The notes beneath the pieces were generated by a model. It had not been told where the DNA came from and did no database searches. It worked only from the letters and a program-made list of their open reading frames with translations. A program made the translations under genes and the position numbers. 64,000 bases of DNA, taken from contig OZ024742.1 in NCBI GenBank assembly GCA_964016885.1, positions 297,662,001 through 297,726,000 of the forward strand, read 5' to 3'. Every line of letters starts with the position of its first letter. Within the stretch, counting starts at the first letter, position 1. Below, piece after piece: positions 48,356-62,799 of this stretch. The stretch is from Eledone cirrhosa. Taxonomy: Eukaryota.

Positions 48356-51300
48356 TATGAGGTGTATCAGAAAAGAAACAAAACTGGATCGCAAAATTAT
48401 TTCATATTCAAACGACACACTTCAAGTTACCCTCTTCAAAATAATCCTCCTTGAATCTAACACACTTTCTCATCCTTGTCTGCCAAGTCTCCGTGCACTC
48501 CTGAATATACTCTCCTGCGATTCTCCACCACTCTGTCGCCATAGTCCTCTTGATGGCTCTGACACTTGGTCTCTGGGTCATACTTGAGATCCAGTGATAA
48601 CTCTCCCCAGCAAGTCTGGTATAGTTTCAAGATCTTCAATGCTGGTGTCAAAGCTACTGAATGATGTCCAGAAGAAGTGACACATACATATGTATCAGGA
48701 TACTGATACATATGTATGTGCCACTCCTTCTGGTCATTGTTCAGCAGCTTTGACACCTTCTTTGCACAGATCGTTGGTGATAATCTTCCAAATGCTGTCA
48801 TGGTTCATGCCCAGCTCACTTGCGATCAGTAGAACAGTCAGCTGACATTCGTTTTGACCACATGGTTCATGCACTCAACGTTGGCTTCAGTCCTGCTCAT
48901 TGAAGGCCTTATATTCATCTTCGTACACTTGCTGCGGTATTCTGAGTGCTTCTGGCAGAGTTTTAGCCAGCTGGACCAGAAACTTCCGGTTGGTTTGTGC
49001 TTTCTATACATTGCCGAGTGCCCTAAAATTGAGGAAATAAACATACAGTAGCTGTAGAGAGCTGAGATCACAGTTATATACTCCCAAAATATTACACCAC
49101 ATCATCATCTTCATCATCATCATCATCATCATCATCATTTTACGTCCGTTTTCCCTGCTTGCAAGGGTGGGACGGGTCTTATTCAGCACAGCATCTATCC
49201 ACTTGTCACAGTCCTTCGTCATCTCCACCGTGAGCTTCAGCGATCTGAGGTCTGTTCTCACCACCTCCACCCATTTTTGTCGTGGTCTACCTCTACCACA
49301 TCTTCCTTCAACTGGCATTTTGTGGCACTTCTTCACCCATCAGTCATCCTCCATGCACATCACATGTCCATAACGCCACAGTCTCCTCTCTCGCACACTA
49401 CATTCTATCCCTCTCAGACACAGTTTCTCTCTCAACACATTTATGCTGGGTCATTCACGCACATTGACATTGCACATCCAACGGAGCATGCTTGCCTCAT
49501 TTCTCTCCAGCCTATCCTCTGCAGTTGCTGCCCATGTCTCACTACCATGCAGCATCGTGCTCCTCACACATGCATCATATAACTGGCCTTTCGTACGCAA
49601 GGAGAAACCTTTCTTCGTCAGCAGAGGAAACAGCTCCCTAAACTTCTTCCAATCCATCCTTATTCTAGATACTATGGCCTCGGAACCCCCCCCCCCCCCT
49701 TCCATGCTAATCTGATCTCCTAGGTACCAGAAGCTATCCACGACTTCTATAGCACCCGCCTACATTTGAAAAATATGTCTATCAATGTGACTTCTACTGT
49801 CTAATTTCCCTGTACATCTACTGCATACGTATTTCTCCCTACCTGTTAGTTTGCCTGCTATCCCACTACATCTCTTGTGTACCCAGGATCTGCATTGTGT
49901 GCATTTTATAGAATTTATGCTAGATCCTTTTCTGCATATCGAACATGGCCATTTCCCTGACAGAATCAGAGTTTTGTCCTCTTTTCTACTCATCAACACT
50001 TTTGTCTTAGCTAGGTTCACTCTCAGTCCTCTTGCTTCCAACTGCTGTTTCCATAGCCAGAATTTATTCTCTAGCTCCTCTACTGATTCTGCTATAAGAA
50101 CCAGATCGTCAGCATAGAGAAGTTCCCATGGACAGCCAGTCTTAAACTCCTATCTTATGGCTTGGAGGACTATAATGAACAAGAGCAGGCTGAGGACCAA
50201 ACCTTGATGCACTCCTACTTGAATCTGGAACTCCTCAACTCCATTCCTACCCTCACTTTACTGACAGCACCTCTGTACAAAGTTTGCACTGTCCTCACAA
50301 ACCATTCCTCAACACCTAGTTTCCTTAGGGATCACCAGATGACAGATCGGGGGACCCTATCAAAGGCCTTCTCTAGGTCAACAAAGGCTAAGTATAGTGG
50401 CTTATTCTTCTCTAAGAACCTCTCTTGTAATTGTCTCACCAAGAAGAGGGCATCTGTTGTACTTTTCCCAGGCACAAAACCAAACTGCATCTCATCTAGC
50501 TTGACCCTTTCTCTAATTAGTTGTGCTAATATCCTTTCTGCCACTTTCATAACCTGATCCATCAGTTTTATACCCCGATAATTGCTCCTCTCCAGAGCAT
50601 CCCCTTTACCCCTTTACCTTTGTAACAATTTATGAGAATACTGTTGCACCAGTCTTTGGGTATGACACCACCATATATAGCCTGATTGATGATGCGTGCA
50701 ACCAGTTTAATGCCTACGTCCCCTGATGCCTTCAGCATCTCAGCAACTATCTCGGTCCAGCAGCCTTACCATTTTTCATTTCCTTAATTGCCTCTTGGAC
50801 CCTATATTCCTCAATCTCAATAGCTGGTCCCTCTGTTGGATCTACTGGAGGTAATTTCTCTCTCTCCCATTCGTTCTCCACATTCATCAGTCTCTCATAA
50901 TGACATTTCCAGGCCTCCTTTTTTTGATCATTCGTGACACTAAGTACACCGGCATCATCCCGGACACACTTATCTCCAACAACATCCTGAATTGCATTGA
51001 CAGACTGCCTTGCAATGTGGAATACCTCACGCCTCTGATCTTCCCATTGCAGAACATTGGCAAACCTCCTACTCTCAGCCTCCCTGCATGCTAAGTACAC
51101 CTGACGTCTAGCTTCTCTCTTAGCGGCTGTATATCCTTCTCTACTCCCACCCTTTTTCCAAGCCTTCAATGCTAGTCTTTTGTCTCTAATGGCCCTATCT
51201 ACTGTGCTGTTCCACCACCAGGTCACTCTCTGTCTGGTTGGAGCTCTGCTCCAGCCACAAGTTTCATCAGTAGCCTGCAGTAAGTTGTCACATAAGAAAT

Positions 51301-51439
51301 TCCAGTTATTATCTATGTCATACGGCTCTAAATCGTCTTCTTTTTCGTCATATACATCTTGAAGGGCTTTCCTAATCCCTACCAAACTCAAAGCTCACAC
51401 AGCACACTAAGTCTTCTTACTTTTCTGATACACCTTGTA
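48356..51439 (-). mobile_element. Internally deleted mariner element with both TIRs and TA TSDs, interrupted by an RTE
   Basis: TA-TGAGGTGTATCAGAAAAG at 48356 and CTTTTCTGATACACCTTG-TA at 51420-51439; frameshifted transposase remnants at 48600-49010 (TNRKFLVQLAKTLPEALR, RPSMSRTEANVE, LTVLLIASELGMNHDSIWKII). Confidence 0.85.
49099..51392 (-). mobile_element. 5'-truncated decayed RTE LINE with PHD-like finger, nested in the mariner
   Basis: ORF pieces 50747..51391 (TWWWN, KAAGP), 50332..50562 (QFGFVPG, VDLEKAFDRVPR), WELLYADDL at ~50100-50130, 49760..50041 (CSIC..CTQC..HKRC..CSRC), 49451..49741; (GAT)n tail at 49099-49138. Confidence 0.93.
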
Positions 51440-52149
51440 TGTGTATGTATATCAAACTGATGCATACTTGCATGTATGTGTATGTATATACATGCAAGTA
51501 TATATATTTGTATGTGTATTTATATTTATGTGTGTATGTGTATGTGTGTGTGTTTCTGTGTGTGTGTGTGTGTGTATGACTCAATTCTGCATCGTTAAAC
51601 GAGAATAATCCTAACACTACATGGGTTGCTCCCCTTTAATCAATAGATTGCAGAAATGAAGAGTGTCAATATTTTGTGTCAAACCATTTGTGTGAAAACT
51701 AAATTATTTCATGTGTAAATAAAAATACAATATAGCTACTGTTAATATTATATACATTCAAATTTACAGAGTACCTGGGTGCTCCTTATAGCGGCACTAA
51801 CACTAGAGAGATTATTATGTCCTCAGCAGAACAAAGGGAGTCCCCTCAATACTATATGGTCATTGATATTATTATGCACATACCTATTTCCTTTAATTTA
51901 GTGGAAATAGTAGTGTAGAATTTATTTTGAATTAAATATATGCACAGTGCATACTAATTTTCTTCTTCTTCTCTGTAGGTCGTAGGGCAGAGCCCTCAAA
52001 CAGTCCTTCCAGTGGCTCCTATCAGAGGCAACCATCTCCAACTGATCCGGCTGATCCAAGTATCTAAAAGAGAGTTTAGCTGACAGGTATACATAGCACA
52101 CAATGAGGCCGAAAGAAGGAGGTTTGCCATAGTAAGTAGGAAAAAAACA

Positions 52150-52875
52150 GGGTCCTGATTCCCATTAGGTAAGTGACCTTGCTCAATATGTAGAAAAGGA
52201 AAATTCATAAATAAACTCTGTATGATGTACATAATACAAATATTGGGTACATAAGAGCTGTAGTGGGATAACAGGCAGACTAACAAGAAATACTGTATGT
52301 AATACAGGTTAAGATAGTAAGAGTTCCAGTGATATAAACCTTTTCCAATCCAAAGAAGGGTCCATAGAAGTGGTTGATAGCTTCAGTTATCTAGGTGATA
52401 TTATTAGCAGTAAAGGGGGATGCTCTAAGAGTATAATTGCTAGAATAAAGACAAGATAGAAGAAGTTTAGGGGGTTACAACCTCTGTTGACAACAAATGT
52501 CTCTCCCTATGGCTGTATGAAATCTGTGTGCAAAGTGTGATGCTTTGATCGATGTGCAATGTTAATGTGCATGAACAACAAAGCATGGATGAACTGAGAG
52601 ATAAACTAAGTAAAAGAATAATCAGATGTAATATGCAAGAGAGAAGACAGTGATAGTATGGACATGTAATGTGCATAGATGATGAGTACTGGGTAAAGAA
52701 GTGCCAAGAAATCCCAGCAGAAGGAAAACCAATAGAGAGCTGGGTGGAGGTGGTGAGAGGTGATCTCAAATTGCTGAAGCTCAAAGGAATGAGATGAGCT
52801 GAGAGAAGCTGTGATGAAGACATCTGTCCAACACATACCAGAATGGAACAGCAGATGTAAAGTAATGACAATGAC
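52150..52875 (+). mobile_element. Highly decayed RTE 3' half
   Basis: Remnants such as ccttgctcaatatgtagaaaagga (PCSICRKG), gtggttgatagcttcagttatctaggtgat (VVDSFSYLGD) and tatggacatgtaatg (YGHVM). Confidence 0.75.
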
Positions 52876-52906
52876 ATAAACATATTGTATATGCTTTCAT
52901 ATATGC

Positions 52907-52914
52907 CTCTACTT

Positions 52915-52973
<59 letters not shown>

Positions 52974-53045
52974 GCTACTACTACTACTGCTACTACTGCT
53001 ACCACTACAACTAATAATAATAACAACAACATCAATGATAATAAT
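52907..53045. repeat. (CTA)n trinucleotide microsatellite
   Basis: ~30 CTA/CTG units grading into ATA/ACA. Confidence 0.95.
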
Positions 53046-54394
53046 GGTACTTTCTTTACATTTGTCATGGCTAGAGGCATGTTTAACAGGATTTAATAAT
53101 ACCCCATTCTTTGTAACATCTGTGTGTGTGTTGTGTTTCTATAAATATGTTTCCAAGTTCTTCCTTTATAACAGTATAAACATCCGTTGTTAACAAAGTA
53201 ACATGGTTCTCTTGTTTGAGTTTAGACTGTGCTTTTGTATACATTTAAATGAATGTATTTCTATATGAGTATATAAGTATGTATGTTTACATGTATCTAT
53301 GTATGTTTGTGTAAACGTATGCCTGTTTATGTGTATGAATGTGTGTCTTTGTGTAAGTTTGTGCAAGTGTATGTATATATCCAAATGTATCTGTATGTAT
53401 GCAAGTGTGTGTATGCATGTGTTTGTGTGTGCATGTGTGCATATGGAGAGATAGATATGGGGGATTGTGTTGTTGTTTAATCTTAGGTCAGTCTGATTGT
53501 GCAGACATGTAACCAGTTTTCTAGTCATGACCACCATGTTTTATCTTCAGGAATATTGTATCAATATATTGTATATTCAACTAACTTATAGAACTTCTTC
53601 TTTGGCCACTTATTCCTGGGAGGATCATAGGGCAGAGTCCTCAAACACTCCTTCCAGCGGGTCCTGTCAGAAGCAACCATCTCCAATTAATCCAGCTGGA
53701 TACCCAAGCATGACCAGCCAAGCTCATGGATACTATCCAACCATCTTGCTCGGTTTCTACCCCTGAGTCTCCTACCAGTTGGTTTTGCCCGTAAAATCTG
53801 TCCAGCAATTCTTTCCTGAGATATACTAAACACATGCCCAAAACAAAAAATAACATTTGATTGTGAATTTAGAAACATCTTCACTACTATATTTAGCAAA
53901 TTCAGCAACTGCATAGATGACTTCAGTATGTAAGTGTGTACATGTTATAGGTTGGTATGTGTCTTATAAACACTGATTATACTTGTATATAAGTTATATC
54001 AGTAGATATGTCATTACTCTCTTTTACATATAATATTGTAGACTCAGTACTTGATTTGAATAGAAGTTTGTAGATCCAGTAGATAAATCACATGCTGGTT
54101 TTTACATAGAATTTTCATAGAAAAATGCTGCACCTTCTAAATGGGTCATCGTCATCATTTTACATCTGCTGTCCATACATGCATGGATTGGATAAATAGA
54201 AAACTTGTCTCACTCATATGTTCCATTTTTGGCATATTTTCTATATCTCAATGCCTTCCTAATGCCAACCACTTCACAGAATGAACTGGGTATATTTTCT
54301 CTTTGCACCAGCACTACCTATCACTTTACTGTGTGTACAGGGTGCATTTTATTGTGGCATCAGCACCAGTACTTTACATATATCCCATTATAAT

Positions 54395-54610
54395 TTATGA
54401 CTCAATCATAATTACATCTAAAGCTGCTGTGACTTCATCAAGGAAGGATCTGTATTCAGAATCTCTGTTTGGTGCATAAACTCGCACCATCAATAGAGGC
54501 CTTTCTTTAAACCTAAGCTTTAAAAGGCAAATCCTCTTTCCCATTAGGATCCATTCCATAACACATTCTGACAGCCAGGGATCTGTGAGTAAGATACTGT
54601 TTATTGGGTA
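54395..54610 (-). mobile_element. LINE APE endonuclease fragment
   Basis: RICLLKLRFKERPLLMVRVYAPNRDSEYRSFLDEV resembles the APE YAPN region. Confidence 0.7.
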
Positions 54611-55873
54611 CTGACATAGGCTGTGATGATCCCTCCAACCCATGCCAGCATGAAAAAGTAGACATTGATGGGGATAAACACTTTAAAACAAACAGTTTGG
54701 GATCATAGAAACAGGCTTAACAAATCCTCCAAAATAATTAAACACTTTTACCATTCAGTACATAGTCTGTTCATGATACTAACATGTTATTACTTGTGTT
54801 ATTGCAAAGTAATTTCTTTATGATATTTGTTATTGTCTATTGATAGCAAACGTGTATTTGTCAAGTAATAAGAATTGTGTTGTAAACATTCTTGTTTAAC
54901 TTCAGATGATCCTTTGATATCTATGATGCAATGTGTGTTGTAGTCTAAACTGTACATAGGATTATCCAGTATTTATTCTCTCAAATGATATTTACTCATG
55001 CAATACAATTCACTATCAATTCTATCCCCTATGAAATCTACTTTCATATCTAAATTATTTTATTTTCATTGATCTGTCATTCTCAGATTCTCTGTGTGTA
55101 TTCAACCATTATTCTGTTAACCTTGAAGCTCATGAGACCTTCTATTTTGCTTCACTTCTGATAGAATCTGATTTTTACTTCTGCAGCCCCGCCTCTCTCT
55201 TTCACACACACACACACACACTCACATACACTTTATTCCTACCATTAAACATTCAATTCACTTTTGTATTTACTACATTTAACAAAAAATTAGAATGACA
55301 GTACCAATTCTATTTTCTACTGAGCACTACGATGAACTTTCCATAGATAAAAGTTTCAAATCGCTCACATTTCTAACATATTCCCTTTGTGGTGTGTGTG
55401 TATGTCTTTTCTATAAATCATTTTCTAGCATCATAATATCAGTTTTTCTATGCTTGCATGAGTTGGACAGGTTTTCTCCAGCACAGTGTCATGCCCCTTG
55501 TTGTGAATATTCATGATCTTCTTTACAAGATTCAGCTGCCTGAGATTAGGTTTCACTACTTCTTCCAAGGTCATCTTGGTCTCCTTCTTCTGCATGTTCC
55601 TTCTATTTGGTTCAACTGGCACATCTTTAACCTTTCACTCTCTAATAATTCTGCCAATTGCTGAAGGATGCGAAAGTTTGAAAGAAGTTGCACCTGATTG
55701 CTATAATGTATTGTTGTTACTGTTCACAATTCACAGGTATAGTCAGCCTCCTATGAGTTTGCATCTCACAGAAGGTTCCTTGGGTATTTTAATGATAGGG
55801 GCCCCACTCCACTAATATATTGGCTCATTACATATTGATAAGTACTATAAGTTCTACTTTTGTTTTGGTCCAG

Positions 55874-55927
55874 GTGCTTTCATCCATATGATACCATTGG
55901 AAGATGAAGTTGGAGATCTGCAGCAAG
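55874..55927 (+). other. Candidate 54-nt frame-preserving exon
   Basis: ttctactttgttttggtccag| ... caag|gtatga; open reading (G)AFIHMIPLEDEVGDLQQ; no homology recognised. Confidence 0.25.
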
Positions 55928-57330
55928 GTATGAGGTCTGAGTAGTATCATGTTGTTGAGGCAAAGATGTAATCCACAACCAGAGTAGTCTTCCTATAGTT
56001 CCGAAACCTGAGTACTTAGTGTTATAGGCATGTAGGTATAGCCAACTAATTCGTTTACTAATCAATTGAACAAACCAGTTGATACATGTATGAGGTAAGA
56101 GCACAAACCTAACGTCTTAGTTTCTGACCTGGTCCCTTTAGTTTTGCTAGCTGCTTGCTAGAGATCCCTCTTCTTGCATGTTTTGAGTTTAGTTCAATTA
56201 ATTTGCATATATTATATAGATGTTAAATCATTCATGTGCAGTATAGAACAACATTGTAGATAAAAGGAAAGGAAAAGAGCTTACTGCCAGGTCAAACCAA
56301 GATGACATCATATCCCTTGGTATTTCTTTTTCTGATACCAGCTGTAGGCCACAACTCCTAATAGAAGGAGATGGGATTTGATTCAGAATACATAAGGGCT
56401 AGACCAGATGCCCAAAGCATCTCGTTTGATGTTTTTAATAAATCCTCTAACCTATCATGCCAGGACTTTTATTTACCAGCCTGGAAAAAGTGAAAGGCAG
56501 AGATGAACTCAGTTGGATTTGAACTTGGAACACAGAAGGACAAAACAAATCATAGGCATTTAATCTGACAGCCTAATGACTATCAATTCACTGCTACTTC
56601 GGTCATTCATAAGTCAGGTTTATATGGCATACATTATAACTACATACATTATATTCTCTTTACAGCACACACATCCACAGATACACACTTGAACAGAGGT
56701 ATTTCTGTGTATGTGTACATATAAATGTACATGTGGGTGGGTAAACTCTCATAAGCTGTAGCTTGTATTTGCAGTTTAAGCTGATTATTTCATAATAGAA
56801 GAGAGGTTTAGGACAATGATACCAAGACAATCTTTGACAAAACTTGCAATTTCTAAATCCATTCATGGTATTGCATCATCTACAACAATCTACTGATCTA
56901 GCATCCTTAATCTCTCTCTGGTTTTAGAAACAAGCTTAAAAAAGAAAAGGGGAAAACGAATGTTCTATAATATAATCAAATAATTTGCAATTCTTCTTAA
57001 TAACTCAAAGAAGAGGGGGAATATATAAATTCTTTAATAAGGTATATTTCATTCCATTTTTCTCTTTCCTTTCCCCTTACCTCATACTCCAACACCAAAT
57101 ATATAATCTGGAAATATTTAAACTCAAGCAAACTTTATTAACAAACTGGATGGAGATTTGGCAGTTTTAATGTAGTATTAATTTCAAACATAGTGTATTG
57201 ACTCAGGTATAGACCAGCTATAAAGTAAACTTTTAACTTTTCAGAAATAATTGTTTGTGAATGTCATATTGAGAGATGTGGTCTGAGTTTCAATTTTTTT
57301 AAAGATAAATAAAAAATACCATAACTACTG

Positions 57331-57366
<36 letters not shown>

Positions 57367-60300
57367 TACCATGTTCATCATCATCATTGTCATCATTTGA
57401 TGACCGATTTTCCAGGCTGCATTGCTTGAACAGGTTTTTAGAGAGTAAGTTAGTGCTACATCAGCGTTACTGTCCTCCTAGATGGGTTAGGGGAGCATTT
57501 CTGGCTCAATTTATTCCATTTCAAGCATAGTTTATACTGATAGAGGACTTTCCTATAACAAATCTCTTTACAGAATGTGCTGTGTGCATTTTATCATGGT
57601 GCCTGTACTCAAGAGAAGGTCACATCTTTGACATAACTGTTTGTTCATTTACCAACAACTTTACAGAGTGTACCAGATGCAGTTTACCATTGCATTAACA
57701 TGAGAGAGGTCCTCTTGTTCCAAGGCAAACATGATCAAGAGTGAGTGTAGATGAGGAGTAGTAATTAAAAGGAAAATATAAATGATAAATGCATCCAGTA
57801 TACACTGTAAAGAGGTTGGTGATATGAAGGGGCATCCAGCCATAGAAAATTTGCCAAAAGAAGAAGTTTGAAAACTCTTTAGTTGTGCATTAAACCAGAA
57901 AACCTCCCTAGATTTGGTGCTCCAAATGATAAATGATAAGCACTGCTGTAAAGTGGTTGGTGATAATAAGAGCATCCAGCTGTAGAAAACTTCTTCAACT
58001 ATGCAAAGGACATTGCTGAAGGCTCTTCAACTATACAAAGGACATGAAAACTTCTCTAGAATTTGTGCCACGACTAAATGCACAGGGTAGTGATGCGAAA
58101 ACACAGGATATGTCGGGCTGCCAACCTACTTGGAGATCTGAGGTTTTGCTTGAGTAGTGGCTAGTCTATGACATTCTGTCCTAACTCTTGTTAACAGGGA
58201 AAACATACATTAAACGATGATGATGATGGTAATATTTACTCTTAACATCAACTGAGACCACCTAGGCCTCCTTCCATTTTGGATTCTTCTTCTTTCTCAC
58301 AGTGGCTGGTTTGAGTGTTGAGCTTGATGGGCATGTCTGGCAACACAAGACACATTTAATTTCATACTGTTAGACATTGGTGGGTGTTTAAATCCCTCAC
58401 CTAAGCTCCACCACCTTTATATTCAATATAATATATATATATATTTTTTTTATATACTTTCCCTGGAAATTGCACACCGAAAGCCATTTAAACAGAATTC
58501 ACATGAAAGATTTTGAAAATATTTTATTAACAAGAAAAAAATCTGACATCAAACATAACATTTTATATATATATATAATATTTTGAGTGTTTGAGTTACA
58601 AGGAACCAGAGTGTTAAATAGAAACCTGGTCGATAAAGTCTATTGATTATATTTCAATCTGCAGCAACAACATTACATAGTCTGTACATAACATTATCTG
58701 AATAATATAGAACCTATCACAAGATGTTGCATACGGTTTCAATCTGTTTCTTCTTCTTATTATTATTATTTGACGATCTATCACAGATAAATCTCAAGAA
58801 GTGGGATTTAAATTGGATTCAGAGATGTGATTTTTTTTTTTTTTTTTTTTTGAAACAAAATCTGTATCCTTAAAATAGCCGAAATGTAAAAAAATAATAA
58901 AAAAGTGGGTTGGGAAGCTAACAATGCTTTGTTTGAATTATTATTATTATTATTATTATTATTATTTTATAACACAATGGGAATTTTGCATTCCCTATTA
59001 TTTACTAGTGAAATTTCTTGAAAGAGTGTGTTTGTTTTTCTCTTAATATCCTTTAATGATTTAGCAGAAATGTCTGAATACTAGTTTGTAAATTAGAATG
59101 CTTATAGTATCTTTACTAGTGGACTGGGTCATGTGAAAATTTGCAGTATTAGATTAAAGACTTCTGTTTTTAATGAATGTGATGCGGCCATATTACTATT
59201 TTTATAATTTTCAAGAATGTCTTGTTTCAAGTAATAGAGGGCATTAATAGTTAAAATACATTTTTAAAATGTGATAGAGCTAGAGTACAATTTTATAAGT
59301 AAACTGAAAGAGGCCAATCATCAGATCAGACCAAGGAAGTAATGTTTCTATTGGTTTTCCAATATTGGTTCCATCTGCTGGTCAGATCTCCTTAAGTTAA
59401 AATATATGTTGTTTCTTAATAAATTTCCCTAAATATTAAAAGGATTAAAATTATTGAAGAAAGGTATCCATTATTTATTAATTAACTCATTCATTTAGAC
59501 ACAAAAATACTTATTTGTTTTTAACTGGTATGTTTGATAATTTTGGATGAATTAATGTAAAATATTAAATACAGCTTTTGTGATTAGCGTGAAAAAAGAA
59601 ATTTCCTTGGTAAGCAATTAACATTTCCATATCATAACGAAGTAAACAATTAAATTCTTTTTTAAAAGAATTCAACTTTCTGATCAGCGCCAACAAAAAG
59701 GTATTTACTTCATTGATAGGTTCAAATCTTAATAGCAATTAAAAAAGATTTTATTTCATAAAATCTTTTTTGTCATGAATTGTATATATATATATTATTT
59801 TACTATTGACAAAGATGAGAATGAGTACTCGATACCATAGTAGAGATTATTAAGGCTGATATTAAAGACAGGATCCAGTCTTTTGCTATCTGGGGCACCA
59901 GTAGCATGAAGAGGAAACTACACAGTAACAAGTCACTGATTCAACCTTAAGAAACCATATATATATATATAGAGATATATATATAATTAACAGGCATGAA
60001 TAGTAAATATTAAATCAGAGTAGTAAGCTTACAAAAACGTTTTTGTTTTTTTTCTGACTTCATTGTTTGAAACTAAATTATCATTAAATATCAATACGTT
60101 TGTTAAAATGAGAATTAAATCTAAGTAAACAAAAACCATTAGAAGTTTTCCGAAGTATTAAGAGCTACATGTTAATATTAGCCTCTTCAAAAACCCCTAT
60201 TGAAAGGTTTCAGAGAGTTTTAATTAAAATTTCAATAAGGTTAAAAGTTAAATTCAGTAGAGTCACGTTAAAGGAACACAGAACAATGATTTTAAAAAAA

Positions 60301-60503
60301 TCTAAAATATCTTGGGGGAAAAAAGCATGCCAAGTCATTTGTCATAAAGATGAGAGCCAATGAATATAAAAGTTCAGCAAGGAATGTTTTATGATTTAAT
60401 AGAATCAAATTTCTGGCACACATTATAGACTTGACATACATGTCTCTCTCTCACACACACATGAATATATATATATGCCTTGGCACATATATACACAGCC
60501 CTG

Positions 60504-60540
<37 letters not shown>

Positions 60541-62053
60541 TATATATATACAGCTCTGTCATACATACATATATAGCACTGACACATATATATACAGCTT
60601 TGTCACATATATTTATTGTCCTGACAGGAACAAATATACAAACCAAAACTCTGAACAACTTACTTATACATTACCCTTAACTAATACCTTACAAATAACA
60701 TTCTTGCAAATATGTAACATTCTTCTACTTATACAAATATTAGTCTATTTCGCTGTTGATCACTGGTTTCCAAACCTATTTTGTTGTGGAACCCTTATAT
60801 GATTTTTCAGAAATCACAGAAGTCATACCTACATCTTAAAGACAGCCCTCACCACTCTAATTTTAATAAGACATTAAATGAAATAAACATTATTTTGGTG
60901 TGAGGATTTATTCATATAAACAAAAAAGAACATGCACGTGTCGAGTAAACTATAACCTTATCTCTGAAATTATGCATTTCCTCAGAACCTACCTGGAGTG
61001 AAATTGATGAAGATCAAACCTGAATAAACTTTAACTAGATTTTAAGACTTTAAGCAAGTTTTATATTATTAAGTAACTTAAAGAGCAAAATAATTGCAGT
61101 GGTCATTATGTTGTTCATGTGGCTTGAAGATTTATATATTGAGCTGATGTCTGAAAGTAGAGACTAATATTGCTATTTAAATTTGTCTTTGGCACAAGCC
61201 ATCCAAGCCAATGTGGCAATCTTTGAAATTGTTAAATCTACTAGAAATAGCAGCCCCATTCTCTTAAGATAAGAAGACACATTGGATAATATAATCCAAG
61301 ATATACAAAAAGATATTAGGATTATGGCTGTAAAAACTTTAAACATAGGTTTGCTCAATTAGTTTGATTTGAGGCTAAAGAAACACTACAAGACAGCCAC
61401 TTGACAGTTTTTATTTTATGAGTAATATCAAATGAATTTTGTGTGATTACTGAAGTTATACTGAAAGATTGTTAAAGTCTATTGTCTTACACATTAATGT
61501 TATAGGGGTTTATTCAAACAACATATATATATCCAATGTAGATGTAGATATGGTTGAATCTTTAAGTACTACACTTCACAATAATGAAGTATTGGGTTTG
61601 ATTCCACTTTGTGGCATATTAAGCAAGTTACTTTACCATAACTTTGCAGTTAACCAAGCATTGTGAATCACATTGGGTAGATGAAAATTGTGTGGATTGC
61701 ACAGGTAATTCAAAGGTCCTTGTCATGTATTATGTTATACTGATTCAGCTTCGGAATTTCATTACAGGTACACATGCCTGTATAATACTTGGCCACTCAT
61801 ACATTTATTTAATAATCAGACATTCAAACTGCTTGTCACTGAAACCAGCACAAGATCCATGATATATCGAATAATACTTTTCAGTTAAACTTAACTACAT
61901 TATCTGTGTATTGTAAATAGTTTATTTAGGGAGATTACTCCTCATTTACTGTAGAAGTTAAAATCGCTTCTCAAATTTTGCTGTTGAAATATAGTATTTG
62001 TCAAGAGATTTTTGATAAAACAAAAATACAAACATGCATTCAGACTAATATAA

Positions 62054-62106
<53 letters not shown>

Positions 62107-62172
62107 CATATATATATACACACTCACACGTTTACATATATATATATATATATATACACTCACACACATGTT

Positions 62173-62206
<34 letters not shown>

Positions 62207-62292
62207 TACATTATTCTGGGTTGAATCGGAGGTAACCACAGTAAGTAAGGTACTCAATAAATTGCAGAGTATAAAAGTTTTAATATAGATGA

Positions 62293-62341
62293 GATTCTAC
62301 AGGACTAGAACTGTTTCCTTCTTTAGAAATCATCAGGAATC
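62293..62341 (-). ncRNA. Type I hammerhead ribozyme (HHR family 4)
   Basis: Minus strand: GAUUC-CUGAUGA-UUUC-UAAA-GAAG-GAAA-CAG-UUCUAGUC-CUG-UA^GAAUC; stems I, II and III all pair; canonical core. Confidence 0.88.
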
Positions 62342-62385
62342 CTGATGATTTCTAAAGAATGAAACAGTTCTAGTCCTGTAGAATC
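62337..62385 (+). ncRNA. Inverted sister hammerhead (family 4) with stem I broken by the inversion junction
   Basis: GAAUC-CUGAUGA-UUUC-UAAA-GAAU-GAAA-CAG-UUCUAGUC-CUG-UA^GAAUC; the 5' arm reads GAAUC instead of GAUUC, giving a central A.A mismatch. Confidence 0.7.
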
Positions 62386-62388
62386 TCA

Positions 62389-62439
<51 letters not shown>

Positions 62440-62799
62440 AATTCCACAGAGTTAGCAGCAGTTCTAAATGATGATAATAAGAAAATCTTAGCACTGTAAC
62501 AATTTTTTTTATTTCTGTTATATTTGTCGAAGAAGAAGTATTCAAGCTACAACAGCAATGACAATAAAAAGTGGCATAATAAAGATTTATTTACTGAAGA
62601 AAAACAGGGCGTTTTTCTTTATAAGTTATGTCATAATGGATTCTGATTTTATAGCTAAAGAATCGTTGGTGTGGTATCATAACCAAATATCATTTTTAGT
62701 AGCTAATTCACAAGAGTTATTTTTGGATTTAACAACAATTTTATTAAAAATAGCTTTGAGTGTGTGTGTGTTTGTGTGTACATGTATGTATAACATGTG

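Larger units (their letters stand above)
62210..62395. mobile_element. PLE-type terminal fragment with fold-back inversion, between (TA)n tracts
   Basis: Near-perfect palindrome 62283-62395 containing two HHR cores, plus an unpaired 3' extension on the minus strand down to ~62210. Confidence 0.75.

Noticed and set aside
52781-53193. Poly-Leu / poly-Val membrane or signal-peptide-like ORFs
   Set aside because: Produced by the (CTA)n microsatellite.
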